DNA of 64,000 nucleotides from Octopus vulgaris (lineage: Eukaryota): contig OX597819.1 of the NCBI GenBank assembly GCA_951406725.2, positions 5,828,001 through 5,892,000 of the forward strand, in the 5' to 3' direction. The notes under the pieces were generated by a model. The model worked only from the letters and a program-made list of their open reading frames with translations, was not told the DNA's origin and did no database searches. Of the stretch, positions 55,510 through 64,000 are shown piece after piece (within the stretch, counting starts at the first letter, position 1; each line of letters begins with the position of its first letter). Position numbers and translations under genes: made by a program.

Positions 55510-55928
55510 TACTCTCTTACTCTTTTACTTGTTTCAGTCATTTGACTGCGGTCATGCTGGAGCACCGCCTTTAATCGAGTAACTCGACCCCGGGACTTAT
55601 TCTTTTGTAAGCCCAGTACTTATTCTATCGGTCTCTTTTGCCGAAACGCTAAGTGACGGGGACATAAACACACCAGCATCGGTTGTCAAGCAATGCTAGG
55701 GGGACAAACACAGACACACAAACATATACACACACACACACACACATATATATATACATATATACGACGGGCTTCTTTCAGTTTCCGTCTACCAAATCCA
55801 CTCACAAGGCATTGGTCGGCCCAGGGCTATAGCAGAAGACACTTGCCCAAGATGCCACGCAGTGGGACTGAACACTGAACCATGTGGTTGGTTAGCAAGC
55901 TACTTACCACACAGCGTCTCCTGCGCCT
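55510..55928 (-). mobile_element. SINE family A
   Basis: Consensus match; diverged plus-strand partial copy at 56178-56490. Confidence 0.9.
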
Positions 55929-56266
55929 ATACAATATTATTATAGGAAGAAATTCCAAGACAAAGATGCGAACATATCAACGTTCAATAACAGAATGGTA
56001 TATATGGTGGCTGTTAATTGGTAAAAAAAAACAAAAAAAAAAAACGAAGATAAAGAGAAAGATAGGTGGGCAAAGTGAGGTAAGCGGTATTTTAAGGATT
56101 GGCTTTACATTAAAGTAAGGTACGTATATGTATGGTGTCTAAAAATTGTATGGGGTTGCCCGTACACACTTCTTAGACACTATAGCCTTGTGAGTGGATT
56201 TCGTACACGGAAAACTGAAAGGCAACTGTCGTATATATGTGTATATTTGTTTGTTTCTGCGTGTGT

Positions 56267-56307
<41 letters not shown>

Positions 56308-56704
56308 TGTGTACCCACTATTGCTTGACAACCGATGTTGCTGTGTTTACGTTCCCATAGCCTAGCGGTTTGGCAAAAGACACTGATAGAATAAGTACTA
56401 GGCTTACATAAAATAAATCCTGTGGTCGATTTCTTTACCCAACGGCGGTGCTCCAGCATGGCCGTAGTCACATGACTGAAACAAATAAAAGGACAAAAAT
56501 CTATGCCATTTTAATCCCGTTTTAATTTCTCTGCTAGTCTACTATATATTTGTGAACAGAGCGGACGTTGTCTCACAAGCAGTTGTGCAGGCAAAAGTGT
56601 TAGTAAATGTGGTTGGATTGACCTGAAAATTTACACACCTATGTTAAAAGTGGTGGGGAGGTTGCATGGCAACTTTGAGTTTGCTCAATTGAAAGTTGTG
56701 GCCT

Positions 56705-56893
56705 CTAGATGAATTCTTTGCCATGAAACCACCTCAATTCTGGGAAGAGGGTATTTTCAAGTTAAAGGAAAGATGGAGACGCATTGTGCAACAAAATGGC
56801 TCATATTTTGTTGACTAAAAATGTAATGGCAAGTATTTATTGACCATTTTCTTTTCTTTAAAAATCGGCACGAACTTTCCGGACAACCCAATA
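56705..56893 (+). pseudogene. Mariner 3' end with TIR
   Basis: LDEFFAMKPPQFWEEGIFKLKERWRRIVQQNGSYFVD*, then aaaatcggcacgaactttccggacaacccaa|TA. Confidence 0.88.
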
Positions 56894-56916
56894 TTTATAT
56901 AAAACAACTTATATAT

Positions 56917-57137
56917 ATTTCTTTACTACCCACAAGGGGATAAACACAGAGGGGACAGACAAAGGGATCAAGTCGATTACATCGACCCCAGTGCGTAACT
57001 GGTACTTAATTTATCGACCCCGAAAGGATGAAAGGCAAAGTCGACCTCGGCGGCATTTGAACTCGGAACGCAACGACAGACGAAATACGGCTACGAATTT
57101 CGCCCGGCGTGCTAACGTTTCTACCAGCTCGCCGCCT
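56917..57137 (-). mobile_element. SINE family B, TSD ACTTATATATATTT
   Basis: Reverse-complement consensus; flanking duplication. Confidence 0.92.
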
Positions 57138-57389
57138 TCTACTTATATATATTTGGTATGACACTGTTATACATCCGCACCCGTCCCTCCATTCTACGAA
57201 TATTGCAGTTTCTTACCACCGGCCAATTCAATTCTTTGCTGATGAAAACCATTATTAGTTTCCTCGGATTGTCCTATCCTGCTTCTTGGTGAGCAATTGT
57301 TATTTATGTCTGCTACAGTCTTATGTAAGTACAATCACGCACAGTTTGTTGTATCGTCATTATTCACGAGAAATGGGGAGAAAATCATA

Positions 57390-57497
57390 AAGAAGAGGCG
57401 AAGGCATAATGCCAAAAGTAGTCGCCAGGTGATTACATTGGACATTAAATTTGATATATTACAAAGATTTGTTGTGGGAGAAAAGTTGTCAAATTGA
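57390..57497 (+). pseudogene. Tigger/pogo-like transposase N-terminal HTH remnant
   Basis: RQVITLDIKFDILQRFVVGEK resembles the psq-type HTH start. Confidence 0.5.
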
Positions 57498-58106
57498 AAA
57501 GCACTCAAATTTTCATCTACAATAATGTGAATAATACCTAACTAAGTCCAGCGCTCTGAATATGGAATGGCTCCTGAGTGTGTGAATCAACGAAGAGATT
57601 TAACGTAGTGTGCAGATAAATAGAATGGCTTTTTGAGTGGAAGTTACGTGTTTGTAGAGGGTTTTCTAGAAAGAGTAAGGTGTAAATTCTGATGTAAAGT
57701 CATTTCCTGTCTATTTAGTGCCTTTAGAAGCGGTGGCTTTGTTGAAAGCATTCGGTCTAGGCTTCCGAGAGTATATACTACATCATTATACTACGCAATA
57801 CCTTCTAGACCTCGCGCGCTATGGTACTAAGTCAACTGGTCGGTGATCTTTCATTAGTTTTATGCTATCTCTGGCATCATATGATTATCGCTCTTCATTT
57901 ATAAGAAACATCTGAACCTACACTTTTAGGAATGTCCTTCACAAATCCTATAAGAAATTCGGTCATAGTTGCACGGTGGCTGTTCAAGCAAAAAAAAGTA
58001 TTCGAACTACATTTGAAGAATCTCACTCCAAATCTTTCGCCAGCTCAACTCTATTCCTGTTCACTCTTTCAGGCCTACAGTTTTGTATACACATATACCA
58101 AGAGCG

Positions 58107-58492
58107 TGGAGGCGCAATGGCCCAGTGGTTAGGGCAGCGGACTCGCGGTCGTAGGATCGCGGTTTCGATTCCCAGACCGGACGTTGTGAGTGTTTATTGA
58201 GCGAAAACACCTAAAAGCTCCACGAGGCCTCCGGCAGGGGATGGTGGTGATTCCTGCTGTACTCTTTCACCACAACTTTCTCTCACTCTTACTTCCTGTT
58301 TCTGTTGTACCTGTATTTCATAGGGCCGGCCTTGTCACTCTCTGTGTCACGCTGAATATACCCGAGAACTGCGTTAAGGGTACACGTGTCTGTGGAGTGC
58401 TCAGCCACTTACACGTTAATTTCACGAGCAGGCTGTTCCGTTGATTCGGATCAACCGGAACCCTCGTCGTCGTAACCGACGGAGCGCTTCCA
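58107..58492 (+). mobile_element. SINE family C, TSD ATACCAAGAGCG
   Basis: Consensus match; 12 bp duplication. Confidence 0.93.
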
Positions 58493-59419
58493 CATACCAA
58501 GAGCGAAAGTAACTTTGGTAGATTCAAACAAACAACGCCAACGAACCTCACGTTGTCCTTTCCACCGAGCTTAAAAATTGCACCTCAGAATTAGCCCATT
58601 TACTCACCAAACTTCATCAGGATATTTTGAAACATGTTAACTATCATCTCACCCTAATATTTCCAGGTTAATGGAAACAGCTATTTACAACAATGATTAC
58701 TCTCACCTTGTATCACTCACTCTGTCTGTCCATCTTTCTCTGTCTCTCTCTCCTGTTAAAAACCAACAGTATAGCCTCCATAAAGTCAGATCCAAAAGTG
58801 GCTCGTTCTCCTATGCCCTCAATTTTATCCCATGTCTCGCCTCGGAAAAACTTGCTAAAATCAATGTTGTCGCCTTCAGCAACTGCAATATTGTTCACCA
58901 TGTCTGGTATGAAATCTATCAAAACTGCTCCCCTATGGATTCCAAGACCGCATCTCAAAGACTGGACCTTCTCTTCAGGACCAGATGCTGCTGCTTTCTT
59001 CAATAATCACTGACACTCTACAAAGCTCCGATGTTATACAGTGTTATACCCACAGCTATGGCACAGCTATGGAACAACTGACATCTTATATCACATCCAT
59101 AAAAGACCCCACCACCCGACCGATTGGCATAAATCACTCATAGATAATCTGCAATAACGGCCTTTTCTACTGCTTCTTTAATTGCCTCTAGTGCTCAGAA
59201 TTAGCTCGACTCAAACCGCTTCCCCTCAGGTACTCCCAACCACTTAACTCTCCTTTCACCAGCTTGTTGCGGTGTAGGGTCCACAATAAATATTACACCC
59301 AAGAACGTCGGCGATTTAGAATTCCCTCGCTTCCCTCTGTCTCAAAATAACTCCCATTACAGCAACTTCAGTCATGCAGCAATTAAAATTCGTAGTATTT
59401 ACACACACTACAACGCTAT

Positions 59420-59790
59420 TCCGGTAGGGTATGGGGTATGCGCCGTTGAGGCAAGTCGCTGCATCTATCATTTGTCAGTATTCCTCGGCTTGTCCCAGGT
59501 AACTCTCCGAGCAGCGTCCATGTCATTTCCCGTCTCTGCGAGATGCTTCCCCATCCGCCAGGATCATATGATATGTAACTGGTCAACTCGAAGCTTCACC
59601 CCAGACGGATCTTCAGAGAAGAGAACATAATGCGCAGGGACCCACTCAGAAAATTGAGCAACAGGTCCAAACTGTCTCAACTGACGCTCCCGCATCATAC
59701 AAGCATCAGGGCACATCTCAGTTTCTGAGAATAGCTGTTGGTTGGATACGAAATCCGACCAATAGTAACCCGTATTCTTTCGAAGCGTCC
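59420..59790 (-). pseudogene. RTE-clade LINE ORF C-terminal remnant
   Basis: GYYWSDFVSNQQLFSET..RERQLRQFGPVA..PAHYVLFSEDPSG. Confidence 0.72.
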
Positions 59791-60391
59791 TGGTACCAAA
59801 ATTATTGTTGACAACGCTATTACTGCATTTTTATTCCCCAATGAATTTATCTTTCAAATATTTGTTTTTGGTGTACACATCCTGAATAATGTGTTTATAA
59901 ACTCACTTTATAGAAGCATTGCTTCTTTGACCTGGAGTTTGAAAAAATGACAGTACACATCTCATGAAAATCAACGAGAATTATGTCGTCTAACGAAATT
60001 CTGCGTTGCAGCAATATTTTCATGCTCTATATTGATTCTTATCAACATAGGTCCACTATTTTGGTTGTGAGGGCCTGGATAACAGCCCCCTCTTCCGTTC
60101 CCTTACCATTCTTTCCACCTCTCTGTTATATAAACATGCTAGCTCTATATTTGTGATTTGTATTTCTCGTCTTCTGAAGAACAGCTTATGATGAGCATCT
60201 ATGAATTCCATTTAAGGTGCGACACAGACAGACAGACACACACATGCACACACACACACACGCACGTACACATACACTCATAACACGCACACACACATAT
60301 ACATACATACATACATACATACATACATACAAACATACATACATACATACATACAAACATACATGCATACATACACACACGAATACAATTT

Positions 60392-60428
60392 CCTTTCTGT
60401 AGAAGAGCGTAGCCTCGAAACGTCAAGG
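60392..60428 (+). ncRNA. Degenerate minimal hammerhead (family H2)
   Basis: cttt-CTGTAGA-a-gagc(gtag)cctc-GAAA-cg-TC-aagg; A6>U. Confidence 0.62.
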
Positions 60429-60523
60429 ACTCTCCCATTTTCCCTGAACATCAAACTAATACATCTTGTCTGTTCTCTCACCTGTCTAACTTTTGATTTT
60501 TGTTTTCTGTACAGTTTTGAACC

Positions 60524-60618
60524 ACATACATACATACATACATACATACATACATACATACATACATACATACATACATACATACATACATACATACATA
60601 CATACATACATACATACA

Positions 60619-60651
<33 letters not shown>

Positions 60652-60812
60652 GCATACATACACATACATACATACATACATACATACATACATACATACA
60701 TACATACATACATACATACACATACATACATACATGCATGTATGCATACATATATACATACATATATACATACATACATATATGCATACATACATACATA
60801 CATACATATATG

Positions 60813-60843
<31 letters not shown>

Positions 60844-61118
60844 GCATACATACATACATACATGCATGCCTACATACATACATACATACGTACATGAATA
60901 CATACATACGTACATACATACATGCATGCATGCATACATACATACATGCATACATACATACACACATACATACATACATACACACATACATACATACATA
61001 CATACATACATACATACATACATACATACATACATACACACATACATACATACATACATACATACATACATACATACATACATACATACATACATACATA
61101 CACACCTACATACATACA
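60524..61118. repeat. (TACA)n microsatellite
   Basis: Direct reading. Confidence 0.98.
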
Positions 61119-61179
61119 TGTAAATAGGAATATATGCGATGGAAATCTTACTGGAATTCTACAACACCTCCTGAAACAG

Positions 61180-61265
<86 letters not shown>

Positions 61266-61587
61266 GTTTGTGTGTGTGTTTGTGTGTAAGAATGTAAGAG
61301 AGTTAAGGCAATATGTGCAACTAACAAATTAACAAATTAAAGCTTTAGTCGAAAAGCGGCCGAAAAAATGCTTTAAAACTTAGCAAATTGAAATACAAGA
61401 AAAACTGACGTAAATGTAATTTGAAATGGCGGAGAAATTCTTTCGGTTTCTAAGGCTGAACTTGTTTTCACTACAGGCAAATGTATGAAGAATATAAGCA
61501 AATGAAAAAAGACGGACGTAAACTAAAAATGCATTAAAATATAAACTCAAATTACAACATACCCACATACACATACACACAGATAGA

Positions 61588-61634
<47 letters not shown>

Positions 61635-61734
61635 GTACATGTGCAAAAATATACTACATATGCATATATTTACACACATATAGACACATACGCGCGCACA
61701 CACGCACACACGCACATACATATTAGCATATATG

Positions 61735-61781
<47 letters not shown>

Positions 61782-61845
61782 TTAGAGACAAAACCACTAT
61801 TTTGCAAAACAAACAAGGAAAGACTTAATCAAGACTTATATATAT

Positions 61846-61905
<60 letters not shown>

Positions 61906-61906
61906 G

Positions 61907-62027
61907 TATTGGCAGGGCAAGACTGCTAGGTAGTCGGCCGTATGCTAGAAATAGATCACCAACGATCAAACTACAATTTCTATTTCTAGCATACGGCCGA
62001 CTACCTAGCAGTCTTGCCCTGCCAATA
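61907..62027. repeat. 49 bp perfect inverted repeat beside (TA)n
   Basis: 61907-61955 pairs with 61979-62027. Confidence 0.95.
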
Positions 62028-62130
62028 TACACATATATTAGAATTTTCTCTGACTTCTCAGATTTTTTGTATGCTGGACTACTGGTTTTAAATTGATATT
62101 AAAATTAATATTAATTTATCTCCTCATTAG

Positions 62131-62194
<64 letters not shown>

Positions 62195-62315
62195 TGACCT
62201 GCTCGCTTAGCCAGCGGGGTTGTGTCGTTCGAAGGCTAAAACAATGCGAATGCATTGTGACCAGCGATGTGTAACTACATCTGATGGACTGGTCGGTCAC
62301 GTGATCACGTGATAT

Positions 62316-62352
<37 letters not shown>

Positions 62353-62440
62353 CATACATTATAAAATATTTACATAAGTATAATTATATATATATACCTA
62401 TGTATATATATATATATATATATACATACATACATACACA

Positions 62441-62479
<39 letters not shown>

Positions 62480-63101
62480 GCACACACACGCACACTTACG
62501 CACACACACATATATGTATATTTGATATATATATATATATATATTGTGTGTATATATATTGTGTGTTGTTGAAAGACTATATAATTGAAATAGTTGAATA
62601 CGTAACCACAGTGTATATATTTCCTTCCATTTTTTGTTGTGTATTTCCCAAATTCACTCTACTGTGGTTACTGGAATATTCTGAGCCAAATATGCCCAAG
62701 GGTACAGAGAGCATTAAAATATTGGCCTCTATCTGAATTTCTAAAAAAAATCAGCCATTCACCATTGCCAGATATTCTGACCGGAATCAATTAATGTTAA
62801 TTCAATTTTGTATCTCAATCAAAATAGGAAATACTTTATGTATAATTAATTGCGAGGAAATGTGGATTCCATTGTTTTCACTCTATCTTTTTTAAGTAAA
62901 GCATTTTACTTGCAGTCTCAATCGTCCAGTTATTATTTGGTGATGTTGATCAACCCGGGAGCAAAATTTTATTGCAACAAAACAATGTTTTATTTTTTAT
63001 ATACGAATTGTAATTGTGTATGTGTGTGGACGTGTGTCTCTCTGTGCAAACTTTTATAGATACATGCGTACATGCATGCAAGCATACAGAGAAACACTAT
63101 G

Positions 63102-63650
63102 TACCTACCTACCTACCTACCTACCTACCTACCTACCTACCTACCTACCTACCTACCTACCTACCTACCTACCTAGCTACCTACCTACCTACCTACCTAA
63201 CTACCTACCTACCTAACTACCTACCTACCTACCTACCTACCTACCTACCTACCTACCTACCTTCCTACCTAGCCAGCTAGCTACCTACTTACATACGTAC
63301 CTACTTACCTACCTACCTACTTACCTACCTACCTACCTACCTACCTACCTACCTACCTACCTACCTACCTAGCCAGCTAGCTAGCTAGCTACCTACCTAC
63401 CAACCTAGCCAGCTAGGTACCTACTTATATACGTACCTACATACGTACGTACCTACCTACCTACCTACCTACCTACCAACCTACCTACCTACCTACCTAC
63501 CTACCTACCTACCTACCTAGCCAGCTAGCTACCTACTTACATACGTACCTACTTACCTACCTACCTACTTATCTACCTACCTACCTACCTACCTACCTAC
63601 CAACCTATCTACCTACCTACCTACCAACCCACCTACCTACATACCTACCT
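63102..63650. repeat. (TACC)n microsatellite
   Basis: Direct reading. Confidence 0.98.
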
Positions 63651-63838
63651 ACATATATACGAGGGGGTATATACGTATTATATACGTATGAGAGGGATGA
63701 CCACTACGTGGACAACCCTTATGCTAGAAGTAGATCCGCTATGATCTTACCACTAAGAAATGTTCTCAAGAAAAATTTAGCAAACACCAGAAACGTAATC
63801 GAGCAAGACAAAAGAAAAGCAATAAAAATATGGATTAC

Positions 63839-63910
63839 TCGCATACATGTTTCACTATTAATATATTACGTAATTTTACTTACGTAAATGTCCGTAGATC
63901 TTCGGTGTGA
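63839..63910 (-). ncRNA. Degenerate type I hammerhead, core U4>C
   Basis: tcaca-CCGAAGA-tcta..ttacgtaa/ttacgtaa..tag-t-GAAA-catg-TA-tgcga. Confidence 0.6.
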
Positions 63911-64000
63911 CCATCCAAATAAATATAATTTGCAGAACTATAGTCGGAACTTGTATATAGTCCGACCTATTACACTCGTGGTTGCTATTCAAATGTCTTC

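Overview
AT-rich, microsatellite-dense eukaryotic DNA with no recognisable intact host gene. The SINE complement suggests an octopus or other cephalopod intron or intergenic region (inference). Nearly all long ORFs in the track are microsatellite read-throughs. The window holds four tRNA-headed SINE families (my labels A-D, about 40 copies) and decayed LINE pieces (R4/Dong-type RLE, CR1-like, RTE). It also holds mariner, maT and Tigger remnants, Helitron-like elements, a foldback MITE and two Penelope-like GIY-YIG endonuclease remnants. The main hidden signal is about 17 type I hammerhead ribozyme (HHR) motifs found by eye, some intact and some degenerate, most with a palindromic stem III. They sit in several unrelated short non-coding elements, often inserted into (TA)n tracts and often partly tandem or inverted. 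One motif has a compensatory G3:C8 core. Together they look like a diverse community of Penelope-dependent, retrozyme-like elements. All folds and alignments were done by eye and coordinates are approximate to a few bases.
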